Source: an uncultured Actinomycetota bacterium (GTDB taxonomy: Bacteria; Actinomycetota; Actinomycetes; JBEVHX01). From it: a stretch of DNA of 64,000 nt. A model generated the notes under the pieces. The model did no database searches. It saw only the letters and a list, made by a program, of their open reading frames with translations, and was not told where the DNA came from. Below, in pieces: positions 19,529-28,022 of this stretch (its first letter is position 1; the number at the start of each line of letters is the position of its first letter). The position numbers and the translations under genes were made by a program. The stretch spans positions 64,378-128,377 of the forward strand of contig CAWIIE010000009.1 in assembly GCA_963836025.1 (NCBI GenBank). Direction: 5' to 3'.

Positions 19529-20725
19529 GTGCTGGTCATCGTCGCGCCCGGACAGGGCGCTCAAACCCCTGGCTTCCTCTCCCCGTGGCTCGAGCTGCCC
19601 GGTGTCCGCGAGCGGGTCGACTGGCTCTCCGCGGTCGCCGGCCTCGACCTGGCCCGCTACGGCACCGAGGCCGACGCCGATGAGATCCGTGATACCGCCA
19701 TCGCCCAGCCCTTGCTGGTCGCGTCCGGGCTGGTTCCGCTGCTCTCGCTGTTCCCGCACCCCGCCGACGCCTATGCCCGCATCGGCGCCGGCGCCGGCCA
19801 CTCGGTCGGTGAGATCACGGCAGCCTGTGGCGCCGGCGTGATCACCGCGGAGCAGGCGATGGTGCTGGTCCGCGAACGCGGCAAGGCCATGGCGGCCGCA
19901 GCGGCGGCGACCCCCACCGGGATGACCGCGATCCTCGGCGGCGATCCGGACGAGGTCGAGCAGCGGCTCGTCGATCTCGATCTCACCGCTGCCAACATGA
20001 ACGGCAACGGCCAGGTCGTGGCGGCCGGCACGCTGGACCAGCTCGAGGCGCTGGCCGCGAACCCGCCCGCCGGTGCTCGGCTTCGACCGCTGCCGGTCGC
20101 GGGCGCATTCCACACCCACCACATGGCTCCCGCCGTCGATGTGCTCCGCCACTACGCCCGAGCGGTCACCACGCACGACCCCAGGGTCCGGCTGCTCTCG
20201 AACCGGGACGGGGACGTGGTGCACGACGGCCGCGAGGTGCTGCGTCGCATCGTCGACCAGGTCGCTAGCCCGGTGCGCTGGGACCTGGTGATGCGCTCCA
20301 TGGCCGACCTGGGCGCGACCGGTGTCATCGAGGTGCCGCCCGCAGGCACGCTGACCGCGATGATCAAGCGCGCCATCCCGGGCATCGAAACCGTTGCGCT
20401 GAAGACCCCGGACGACATCGGGGCCGCCCTCGACCTGATCGCGCGGCACGGGGTCGAGAGTCCGCTCTCGGACTCACCGTCGTGGCGCCTGCTGGTCTCC
20501 CCGGCGAAGGGCACGTTCCGCTCCGGCGGCACCGTGCTCGGCGACGAGCTCGAGCCGGGCACGACCGTCGGGACCGTCGAGACGCTGCGCGACCGGCAGC
20601 CCGTGCTCGCGCCGCACGGCGGCACCGTGCTCGAATGGCTCGTGGAGGACGGCGACCCGGTTGCACCGGGCCAGCCGCTGGTGCGGCTTTATCCCGTGTT
20701 GGCCGGGGAGGCGGTATACGCGTGA
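19529..20725 (+). CDS. fabD: Malonyl-CoA:ACP transacylase fused in frame to a C-terminal lysine-less biotinyl/lipoyl-carrier-like domain (aa ~318-388)
   Basis: GTG at 19529 after GAGAGG. The FabD core is VAPGQGAQTPGF...GAGHSVGEITAAC...NGNGQVVAAG...VAGAFHTHHM. The C-terminal part, LLVSPAKGTFRSGGTVLGDELEPGTTVGTVETLRDRQPVLAPHGGTVLEWLVEDGDPVAPGQPLVRLYP, has a BCCP-like layout. No stop or frameshift separates the two parts. Confidence 0.9.
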   Translation: MLVIVAPGQGAQTPGFLSPWLELPGVRERVDWLSAVAGLDLARYGTEADADEIRDTAIAQPLLVASGLVPLLSLFPHPADAYARIGAGAGHSVGEITAACGAGVITAEQAMVLVRERGKAMAAAAAATPTGMTAILGGDPDEVEQRLVDLDLTAANMNGNGQVVAAGTLDQLEALAANPPAGARLRPLPVAGAFHTHHMAPAVDVLRHYARAVTTHDPRVRLLSNRDGDVVHDGREVLRRIVDQVASPVRWDLVMRSMADLGATGVIEVPPAGTLTAMIKRAIPGIETVALKTPDDIGAALDLIARHGVESPLSDSPSWRLLVSPAKGTFRSGGTVLGDELEPGTTVGTVETLRDRQPVLAPHGGTVLEWLVEDGDPVAPGQPLVRLYPVLAGEAVYA

Positions 20726-21735
20726 CACCCGCCGTGAAGACCATCCAGACCAAGACCGGGGCGGCGCACGCTCGCATCCTGGGCGTGGGCGCCTACCGCC
20801 CGTCGCGCGTTGTCACGAACGCCGAGGTGATCGAGAAGATCGACTCGTCGGACGAATGGATCCGCGAGCGGTCGGGAATCGTCGAGCGCCGCTTCGCGGC
20901 CAAGGACGAGCGGGTCGTCGACATGTCCGTGGCCGCCGCCGAGAAGGCGCTGGCCAACTCCGGCATCCGGCCGGACCAGTTGGGTGCGGTCGTCGTCGGC
21001 ACGGTCACCCACCTCTGGCAGACACCCGCTGCAGCCACCCTCATCGCCGACCGGATCGGCGCAAGTAACGCCGCGGCATTTGACCTCAGCGCCGCGTGCG
21101 CCGGCTTCTGCCATGGGCTCGCCATCGCGAACGACATGGTGCGCGGCGGCTCGGCCGCATACGTGCTCGTGATCGGCGCCGAAAAGCTCACCGACATGAT
21201 CGATGACACCGACCGCTCGACCGCATTCATCTTCGGCGACGGGGCCGGCGCTGCCGTCGTCGGTCCCAGCGAAACTCCGGGCATCGGCCCGGTCGTGTGG
21301 GGCGCCGACGGTGCACAGGCCGATGCGATCACCCAGGACCGACCCTGGGACGTGCTGCGCGACGACCCGTCGACGAAGTTCCCCAGCCTGTCGATGAGCG
21401 GTCAGCAAGTCTTTCGCTGGGCTGTCTTCTCGATGGCGCCAGTCGCGTTGCAGGCGCTCGATGCCGCCGGACTCACCGTCGATGACCTGGACGCCTTCAT
21501 CCCGCACCAGGCGAACCTGCGCATCGTCGAGGCGATGGCGAAGAAGCTTGCGCTTCCGGAGCACGTGGTCGTTGCGCGCGACATCGTCCAGACCGGCAAC
21601 ACCTCCGCGGCGTCCATACCGCTGGCGATGGCCCGCATGCTCGAGGCTGGCGAGGTCCGCAGTGGTGACATCGCGCTGCTCATCGGCTTCGGCGCCGGGC
21701 TCGCGTATGCCGCGCAGGTCGTCGTCTTGCCTTAG
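20722..21735 (+). CDS. fabH: 3-oxoacyl-ACP synthase III
   Basis: GTG 20722 overlaps the fabD stop (GTGA). Sequence: ILGVGAYRPSRVVTNAEVIEKIDSSDEWIRERSGI...FDLSAACAGFCHGL...IPHQANLRI...GNTSAASIPLA. Confidence 0.92.
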   Translation: MTPAVKTIQTKTGAAHARILGVGAYRPSRVVTNAEVIEKIDSSDEWIRERSGIVERRFAAKDERVVDMSVAAAEKALANSGIRPDQLGAVVVGTVTHLWQTPAAATLIADRIGASNAAAFDLSAACAGFCHGLAIANDMVRGGSAAYVLVIGAEKLTDMIDDTDRSTAFIFGDGAGAAVVGPSETPGIGPVVWGADGAQADAITQDRPWDVLRDDPSTKFPSLSMSGQQVFRWAVFSMAPVALQALDAAGLTVDDLDAFIPHQANLRIVEAMAKKLALPEHVVVARDIVQTGNTSAASIPLAMARMLEAGEVRSGDIALLIGFGAGLAYAAQVVVLP

Positions 21736-21802
21736 CCGTTTGCCTTCCCCGCCCGACCGGGTAGGGGGATCGAAACCCGTACACCACAAGAAGGAGAACC
21801 AC

Positions 21803-22057
21803 ATGGCCGCCACCGAGCAGGAGATCCTGTCCGGTCTCGCCGAGATCGTGAACGAGGTCGCCGGCGTCCCCGCCGCCGACGTCCAGCTGGGCAAGCACTT
21901 CACCGACGACCTGGACATCGACTCGCTGTCGATGGTCGAGGTGGTCGTGGCCGCCGAGGAGAAGTTCGGCGTGTCCATCCCCGATGACGACGTCAAGGGC
22001 CTCAAGACCGTGGGTGACGCCGTCGCGTACATCCAGAAGGCGGGCGTGGCTGCGTGA
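21803..22057 (+). CDS. acpP: Acyl carrier protein
   Basis: AAGGAG lies 7 nt before ATG 21803. The phosphopantetheine site is DDLDIDSLSMVEVV. Confidence 0.95.
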   Translation: MAATEQEILSGLAEIVNEVAGVPAADVQLGKHFTDDLDIDSLSMVEVVVAAEEKFGVSIPDDDVKGLKTVGDAVAYIQKAGVAA

Positions 22058-23307
22058 CTTCCTCGACCTCTCCGAGGACGACGGTCGTCGTCACCGGGCT
22101 GGGCGCGACAACGCCACTCGGTGGTGACGTCGCGTCCACCTGGGACGGCCTTCTTGCCGGCCGATCCGGCGTCCGTCGTCTCACCGACGATTGGGCCGCG
22201 GAACTGCCAGTACAGATCGCCGCGACGGTCGCCGTCGACCCAAGCGAGGTCATGGACCGCGTCGAGGCCCGCAAGCTCGACCGCACCGAGCAGCTGGCGT
22301 TGATTGCGGCCCGCGAGGCCTGGACGGACGCCGGCTCGCCGACCGTGGATGGCGAGCGCCTCGGCGTCGTCGTCGGCTCCGGCATCGGCGGTGCGCAGAC
22401 CCTGCTGGGCTCGTGGGACACGTTGCGGGAGAAGGGCCCACGCCGGGTGTCGCCGCACGCGATCCCGATGCTGATGCCGAACGGCTCGGCGGCTTTCGTT
22501 GGGCTCGAGCTCGGTGCCAAGGCTGGCGTGCATGCCCCAACATCCGCCTGCGCCTCCGGCGCGGAGGCGATCGCGATGGGGCTGTCGATGATCCGAGAGG
22601 GTCGTGCGGACGTTGTCGTATGCGGTGGTACCGAGGCCTGCATCCACCCGATGCCGCTGGCCGCGTTCGCCGCGATGATGGCACTGTCCAAGCGCAACGA
22701 CGAGCCGGAGCGCGCGTCGCGCCCCTACGACAAGGGTCGCGACGGCTTCGTATTCGGCGAGGGCGCGGCGATCGTCGTACTCGAGTCGGCTGAGCACGCG
22801 GCTGCTCGTGGCGCCAGGGTGTATGCGGAGGTCGCCGGCCGAGGGCTGACGTCGGACGCGCACCACATCGCGCAGCCGGACCCGGTCGGTACCGGTGCCG
22901 CCCGGGCGATGAGGTTCGCGCTGGAAGACGGCGGGATCGAACCGTCGCAGGTCGCGCACCTCAACGCGCACGCCACCTCGACTCCGCAGGGCGACATCGC
23001 CGAGGCGGCCGCGATCCGGGCAGTCATGGGCGAGGCCACATCGGGCGTCGCCGTTTCCGCCACCAAGTCGATGACCGGACACCTGCTGGGCGCCGCGGGC
23101 GCTGTGGAGTCGGTGGCATCGGTGCTGGCGCTGACGAACCGGCTCGCACCGCCGACCGCCAACCTCGAGGACCCGGACGACGAGGTCGGACTCGACGTCG
23201 TGCACGGTGAACCGAGGGCGCTGCCAGCCGGCCGGATCGTCGCGGTCAACAACTCGTTCGGCTTCGGTGGCCACAACGTGGCCCTGGCCTTCAGGAGCGT
23301 CCCGTGA
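22054..23307 (+). CDS. fabF: 3-oxoacyl-ACP synthase II (KasA/FabF type)
   Basis: GTG overlaps the acpP stop. Sequence: VVVTGLGATTPLG...APTSACASGAEAI...NAHATSTPQGD...SMTGHLLGAAG...NSFGFGGHNVAL. Confidence 0.92.
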   Translation: MTSSTSPRTTVVVTGLGATTPLGGDVASTWDGLLAGRSGVRRLTDDWAAELPVQIAATVAVDPSEVMDRVEARKLDRTEQLALIAAREAWTDAGSPTVDGERLGVVVGSGIGGAQTLLGSWDTLREKGPRRVSPHAIPMLMPNGSAAFVGLELGAKAGVHAPTSACASGAEAIAMGLSMIREGRADVVVCGGTEACIHPMPLAAFAAMMALSKRNDEPERASRPYDKGRDGFVFGEGAAIVVLESAEHAAARGARVYAEVAGRGLTSDAHHIAQPDPVGTGAARAMRFALEDGGIEPSQVAHLNAHATSTPQGDIAEAAAIRAVMGEATSGVAVSATKSMTGHLLGAAGAVESVASVLALTNRLAPPTANLEDPDDEVGLDVVHGEPRALPAGRIVAVNNSFGFGGHNVALAFRSVP

Positions 23308-24740
23308 CGGTCACCTCAGCCAGCTCCGGCGCCGCTGCGCCGGCGGCCACGCCGGTTCCGCCAGTCGCGCGCGACCCGCGCTCGCCGCGGGTGCGGATGG
23401 GCGCGTTCTTCGACGCCGGGTCCTTCACCGCGATCACCAGCGACGACGACAGCGGCATGCTGGCCGGCGTCGGCCGGGTCTTCGGCGCGCCGGTGGTCGC
23501 ATTCGCCTCCGACCCGACGGTCCAGGGCGGCGCGATGGGCACCGCGGGCTGCAAGGTGATCCTTGCGGCGTATGCGCGCGCGCTCGCGGACGGCGTCCCG
23601 GTCGTCGGGCTGTGGCACTCCGGCGGCGCGCGGCTGCGCGAGGGTGTGCAGTCGCTGCACGCCGTCGGCGAGGTGTTCGCCATCATGACCCGCGCGTCCG
23701 GCCGGATCCCGCAGATCTCCGTGGTGCTCGGCGCTGCCGCAGGCGGCGCCGCATACGGACCGGCGCTGACCGATGTCGTGATCCTCGGACCCGAGGGCCG
23801 GGTGTTCGTCACCGGACCGGACGTCGTCCGCTCGGTCACCGGTGAGGACGTCGACATGCTGCGGCTCGGCGGGCCCGAGCCGCATGGTCGGCGATCCGGT
23901 GTCGTGCACGTCGTTGCCGACTCCGAACGCGGCGCCCTGGACGAGGCCCGTCGGCTGACGTCGTTGCTCGGTGACCAAGGCGGCATCGAGGCGGTCGACG
24001 AGGTCGACCTGGCCGGTTACCTGCCGGAGTCGGTCAGGCGGGCGTACGACGTGCACCCGCTCGTCGAGCATCTGCTCGATGAAGGGTCGGCGCTGGAACT
24101 GCACCCGCGCTGGGCGCCGAACATCGTCACGACCTTGGGCCGGCTCGGTGGACGCACCGTTGGTGTGGTCGCCAACAACCCGATGCGGCTCGGCGGCTGC
24201 CTCGACTCCGCGTCGGCGGAGAAGGCCGCGCGCTTCGTGCGGATGTGCGACGCGTTCGGCATTCCGCTGGTCGTGGTCGTCGACGTCCCCGGCTACCTGC
24301 CCGGCGTCGGCCAGGAGTGGGATGGCGTGGTTCGCCGCGGCGCGAAGCTGCTGCACGCCTTCGCGGAGTGCGCGGTGCCTCGAGTCACGCTCGTGACCCG
24401 CAAGGCGTACGGCGGCGCATACATCGCGATGAACTCGCGCTCGCTCGGCGCCACCAGGGTCCTCGCGTGGCCCGGCGCGCAGGTCGCCGTCATGGGATCG
24501 GTCGCGGCCGTGCGCATCCTGCACCGACGGCGGCTGGCCGACGTGCCAGACGACCTGCGCGCCCAGCTCGAGCAGGAGCTGGCCGACGAGCACGATCTGC
24601 TCGCCGGCGGCCTCGACCGAGCGGTGTCGATCGGCGTGGTCGACGATGTCGTCGAGCCGTCACTCACCCGCGGGATCATCGCCGAGGCGATTCGCTCGGC
24701 GCCGCAGGTTCGTGGAGCGCACGGGAACATCCCGCTCTAA
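23304..24740 (+). CDS. accD6: Acyl-CoA carboxylase carboxyltransferase (beta) subunit. The AccD6 assignment rests on position at the end of the FAS-II operon.
   Basis: GTG overlaps the fabF stop. Sequence: DPTVQGGAMGTAGCKV...GLWHSGGARLREG...VVLGAAAGGAAYGPALTD...VVANNPMRLGGCLDSASAEKAARFVRMCDAFGIPLVVVVDVPGYLPG...KAYGGAYIAM. Confidence 0.85.
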   Translation: MTVTSASSGAAAPAATPVPPVARDPRSPRVRMGAFFDAGSFTAITSDDDSGMLAGVGRVFGAPVVAFASDPTVQGGAMGTAGCKVILAAYARALADGVPVVGLWHSGGARLREGVQSLHAVGEVFAIMTRASGRIPQISVVLGAAAGGAAYGPALTDVVILGPEGRVFVTGPDVVRSVTGEDVDMLRLGGPEPHGRRSGVVHVVADSERGALDEARRLTSLLGDQGGIEAVDEVDLAGYLPESVRRAYDVHPLVEHLLDEGSALELHPRWAPNIVTTLGRLGGRTVGVVANNPMRLGGCLDSASAEKAARFVRMCDAFGIPLVVVVDVPGYLPGVGQEWDGVVRRGAKLLHAFAECAVPRVTLVTRKAYGGAYIAMNSRSLGATRVLAWPGAQVAVMGSVAAVRILHRRRLADVPDDLRAQLEQELADEHDLLAGGLDRAVSIGVVDDVVEPSLTRGIIAEAIRSAPQVRGAHGNIPL

Positions 24741-24774
24741 CGGCGTCCGCCTGCCGGCTCAATCCCCGCGACTT

Positions 24775-24918
24775 GTCATACGTTCCGCGTCACCCGTGAC
24801 GCGGAGCGCCTGACACGTCCACCGAACAACCGAGGTGTCAGACGGAACGCGTCACCCGTGACGCGGAGCGCCTGACACGTCCACCAAGCACCCGAGGTGT
24901 CAGACGGAACGCGTCGCC
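24775..24918. repeat. PAL-2 repeat array: 62-bp period, 2.3 tandem units, each containing a ~40-bp imperfect palindrome centred on GCGTCAC-CC-GTGACGC
   Basis: Cores are at 24775-24814 (GTCATACGTTCCGCGTCACCCGTGACGCGGAGCGCCTGAC), 24837-24876 (GTCAGACGGAACGCGTCACCCGTGACGCGGAGCGCCTGAC) and a partial one at 24899-24918. The linkers also form CTGACAC...GTGTCAG stems. Confidence 0.9.
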
Positions 24919-24957
24919 AGGATCAGGCCGCTCGGGCAGCCGGGCGATCTGGGCTGG

Positions 24958-25404
24958 GTGGTGATGGCGCATGGTGAGCTGTACGCCCGGGAGTTCGGCT
25001 GGGATACGAGCTTTGAGGCCCTGGTCGCACGGATCGTCGCCGACTACGCGGCTGACCACGACCCGGTGCGCGAGGCCGCATGGATCGCCGAGGTTGACGG
25101 GCACCGCGTCGGTTGCGTCTTCTGCGTCGCCGACCCGGAGGACAGGGCGACCGCGAAACTGCGCATCCTGCTGGTCGATCCGGCGGCGCGCGGCCTCGGG
25201 CTCGGTGGTCGGCTCGTGGACACCTGCATGGCCTTCGCCACGTCGGCGGGCTACCAGCGGATGCGGCTGTGGACCAACGACCCGCTCACCGCAGCCGCGC
25301 ATATCTATCTCGCGCGGGGCTTCCGACTCGTCCACGAGGAACCGCACCACAGCTTCGGGCACGATCTGATCGGGCAGAGCTACGAGGTCGAGCTGAACGA
25401 GTAA
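24958..25404 (+). CDS. GNAT N-acetyltransferase domain protein, apparently 5'-truncated
   Basis: GNAT core: AAWIAEVDGHRVGCVFCV...LRILLVDPAARGLGLGGRLVDTCMAFA...GYQRMRLWTNDPLTAAAHIYLARGF. The conserved IRPLGQPGDLGW segment is in frame upstream of GTG 24958. That segment runs into the PAL-2 array with no start codon and has an in-frame TGA at 24859. Confidence 0.7.
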   Translation: MVMAHGELYAREFGWDTSFEALVARIVADYAADHDPVREAAWIAEVDGHRVGCVFCVADPEDRATAKLRILLVDPAARGLGLGGRLVDTCMAFATSAGYQRMRLWTNDPLTAAAHIYLARGFRLVHEEPHHSFGHDLIGQSYEVELNE

Positions 25405-25502
25405 CGCTCCACTCGACTGTTGCTCAATCGGACATAGAGGGCGATTGCCGGCATCGTTGCACCGCGAGTGGACAGTTGCTCGAACAGACCCTTGACCGCG
25501 TC

Positions 25503-25919
25503 CTACGACGGTCCGAGGGCGTTGACGAGCTTCCTCGGGGCCATGAAGCAGAAGCTCTGGACGAGGAGCTCGTCGACCTCCGGCCGGTCCACGCTGCCGT
25601 CGAGGACCAAACCGACGACGTCCCGCCCCCAGCCCGCGACGAAGAACGGGTCGCCGGCAGCGCGGATCGCCTCGACCTCGTCGGCCGGTGCCCTGAAGAC
25701 GAGGACGACCGTGACGCCGTCGGGTCTGGCCCGTTGGGCCAGGATCGTCGGCGAGTCCGGCTCGACGGCATACAGATGCGCGAACGTCCTCCCGCGGACC
25801 CGCCATCGCACGCCAACCCACGCCGGCTCCTCGTATGCGCCCGGCAGCGACAGGCAGACCGAGCGCACGTTGCTCAGCACGTCGTCCGGCACCCCATCAA
25901 CGACATCGACCGGTGTCAT
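25503..25919 (-). CDS. MmcQ/YjbR family protein
   Basis: Intact 138-aa ORF: LSLPGAYEEPAWVGVRWRVRGRTFAHLY...VLVFRAPADEVEAI...PFFVAGWGRDVVGLVL. Confidence 0.7.
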   Translation of the reverse strand: MTPVDVVDGVPDDVLSNVRSVCLSLPGAYEEPAWVGVRWRVRGRTFAHLYAVEPDSPTILAQRARPDGVTVVLVFRAPADEVEAIRAAGDPFFVAGWGRDVVGLVLDGSVDRPEVDELLVQSFCFMAPRKLVNALGPS

Positions 25920-26137
25920 CCCTGCACCCTACGAAGAGACGGCGAACCAGACGACATGACAGCGCCAGTTACACGGGCGCCACGCGACGCATCGCGGACC
26001 TACCACTGAAAGTGGGGCGACCGTCACCGACGGTACGTCAACTGATTGGCCCATTGGTTGTTGGAATCGAATGGGTGAGGCTGCCGGGCCGGCTCCGACG
26101 ATCGGGGCGTTTGATCGGCTTGACAGGAAGGACTCGC

Positions 26138-26584
26138 ATGACGATTCGAAGGACACTGCTCAGAGGCGGTGCTGGCGCAGCAATGACTGCAGCGTTCATC
26201 GCCGCCTCGGCTGGCGGCGCGTGGGCGCATGAATGCTTCAACGCCAGCCGCTCGGCTCAGGGCAACCAGGCGGCCGGCACGCACTCGCAGGCCTGGTTCC
26301 AGGTCGACATCGCCGAGACGATCGCGGAGGAGGTCGACGACGGTCTGTATGACGCGGAAACCGGCGCCTGCATCCTGGATGCCTGGACCGCCGGTGGCGG
26401 CCCCGCAACGGTCACGGTGCACGTGAAGGGCGCGAACGGCTCGGACGGCGTGATCGGCGCAAACAATCCCCATGAGTCGAAGGGGTCCGACGGTCGTGGG
26501 ATCGACCACTTCTTCGACGTCTACGGCGACCTGTTCGTCGACAGCTACGTCGGCTGCGGAGCCAACCCCTTCCCCGAGGACTAA
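26138..26584 (+). CDS. Secreted hypothetical protein with a twin-arginine-like signal peptide and four Cys
   Basis: ATG 26138 follows AGGAAGGA. The signal is MTIRRTLLRGGAGAAMTAAFIAASAGGAWA-HE. The mature part has no family I recognise. It lies downstream of a lower-GC 220-bp intergenic region. Confidence 0.6.
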   Translation: MTIRRTLLRGGAGAAMTAAFIAASAGGAWAHECFNASRSAQGNQAAGTHSQAWFQVDIAETIAEEVDDGLYDAETGACILDAWTAGGGPATVTVHVKGANGSDGVIGANNPHESKGSDGRGIDHFFDVYGDLFVDSYVGCGANPFPED

Positions 26585-26594
26585 CCGAACAGAC

Positions 26595-26630
26595 CCTGAG
26601 GGGCGCCGTTCTCGGCGCCCCTCAGGTTTC
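26595..26630 (+). terminator. Rho-independent-type terminator hairpin
   Basis: CCTGAGGGGCGCCG-ttct-CGGCGCCCCTCAGG is a 14-bp perfect stem followed by TTTC. It lies 10 nt after the stop of the secreted protein gene. Confidence 0.65.
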
Positions 26631-26800
26631 ACCGCGCCCGAACGCCAGCCGGTCAAGGCACCTCGCCGCGCTGCCACGGCCCCGAGGCAAAGGCCGACAG
26701 GGACTCAGCAAGGCGGCCCCAGCGCGACCGGCTGTCCTGCCATCATGGCGGATCGGACACGGCGTGCGTTGTGCTCCGGTGAGGCAACAGGGGGGTTCTG

Positions 26801-28013
26801 ATGCCCGAGCGCGTCAACACGCTGGTGATCGGCGCCGGGCAGGCAGGTCTCGCGATGAGTCACGTCCTGGCCGGGCACGGAATCGAGCACTTGGTCGTCG
26901 AGCGAGACCGGATCGGCGAACGGTGGCGGTCCGAGCGGTGGGACTCGCTGGCCTTCCAGTTCCCGAACTGGTCGCTTCGGCTCCCGGGGTTCGAGTACAG
27001 CGGCGCAGATCCCGACGGGTTCGCGGGTCATCGCGAGGTGAGCGCTCACATCGACGCAGTACGCCGCGATCATCCACGCGCCCGCACGGACCGGGTTCGA
27101 GGTGGTGTCGCTGCAGCGGGACGATGTCGGCTTTCGCGCGGAGTCCCCCTCCGCAGTGATCAACGCCCGCAACATCGTCCTGGCCACGGGCCCGTTCCAG
27201 CGCCCGCGCATCCCCCCTGTCGCCCACCAGGTCCCACCCGGCGTTGTCCAGGTGCACAGCAGTCGATACCGCAACCCGGATCAACTCCCGCCCGGGGCCG
27301 TGCTCGTGGTCGGCAGCGGTGGTTCCGGCGCGCAGATCACCGAGGAGCTGGCCCAGTCCGGGCGCACCGTCTACCTGGCACTGAGCCGGCACCGACGGGT
27401 ACCGCGCCGCCGCCATGGTCGTGACGTGCTGTGGTGGCTGCTCGAGATGGGCTGGATGGATCGGCTGGCGTCCAGCCTGCCGGACGGTCGCATCCCACCC
27501 ACCCTGTTGGTCACCGGCGTCGACGGCGGTCACGACCTGGACCTTCGCCGTCTCCAATCCGAGAGCGTGGTTGTGCTCGGACGGCTGCGCGGCTTCGACG
27601 GCACCACGATGCTGTGCCACGACGACGCGGCGGCGACTCTTGCCGCGGCAGACGACGGCTACGCGGAGCTCGTCGCGGCGATCGACGACCACGCAAAGAC
27701 GGCGGGACTCGACATCTGGGACCAGCCCGATCCGATCGTCGCCGCTGTCCATGAAACTCCCCGTCCGGTCGACATCGACGCGGCCGGCATCACCAGCGTC
27801 GTGTGGTGCACCGGCTACGAGTTCGACTACGACTGGGTCCACCTCCCCTGCTTCGACCACGGCGCACCCCTCCAGCAACGCGGCGTGTCCCCACAGCAGG
27901 GGCTCTACTTCCTCGGGCTGCACTGGATGCACACCTTCAAGTCCGGAGTGTTCTTCGGCGTCGGCGACGACGCGGCGTACCTCGCCGACCACATCGCCGC
28001 TCGAATCCGCTAA
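26801..28013 (+). pseudogene. Flavin-containing monooxygenase / NAD(P)-binding oxidoreductase (CzcO-like), frameshift near ~27060-27100
   Basis: N-terminus VNTLVIGAGQAGLAMSHVLAGHGIEHLVVERDRIGERWRSERWDSLAFQFPNW is in ORF 26801..27424. The remainder is in ORF 27102..28013, including VLVVGSGGSGAQITEEL and WCTGYEFDYDWV. Confidence 0.8.
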
Positions 28014-28022
28014 CCCAGGCCC

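Noticed and set aside
20689-23274. 861-aa ORF antisense to fabH-acpP-fabF. Similar very long antisense ORFs lie at 11430..13082 (opposite aceE), 56360..58987 (opposite ppdK), 30796..33132, 43069..45087, 28278..29993 and 61863..63680.
   Set aside because: These are shadow ORFs typical of high-GC DNA. Their translations are Arg/Pro/Gly/Ala-rich low-complexity sequence with no recognisable motifs, and the opposite strand encodes clearly conserved proteins.
24775-24918. The tandem 62-bp repeats considered as a possible CRISPR array.
   Set aside because: There are only 2.3 units. The sequence between cores is itself repeated, so there are no unique spacers. No cas genes or leader are present. A related copy elsewhere has a different organisation.
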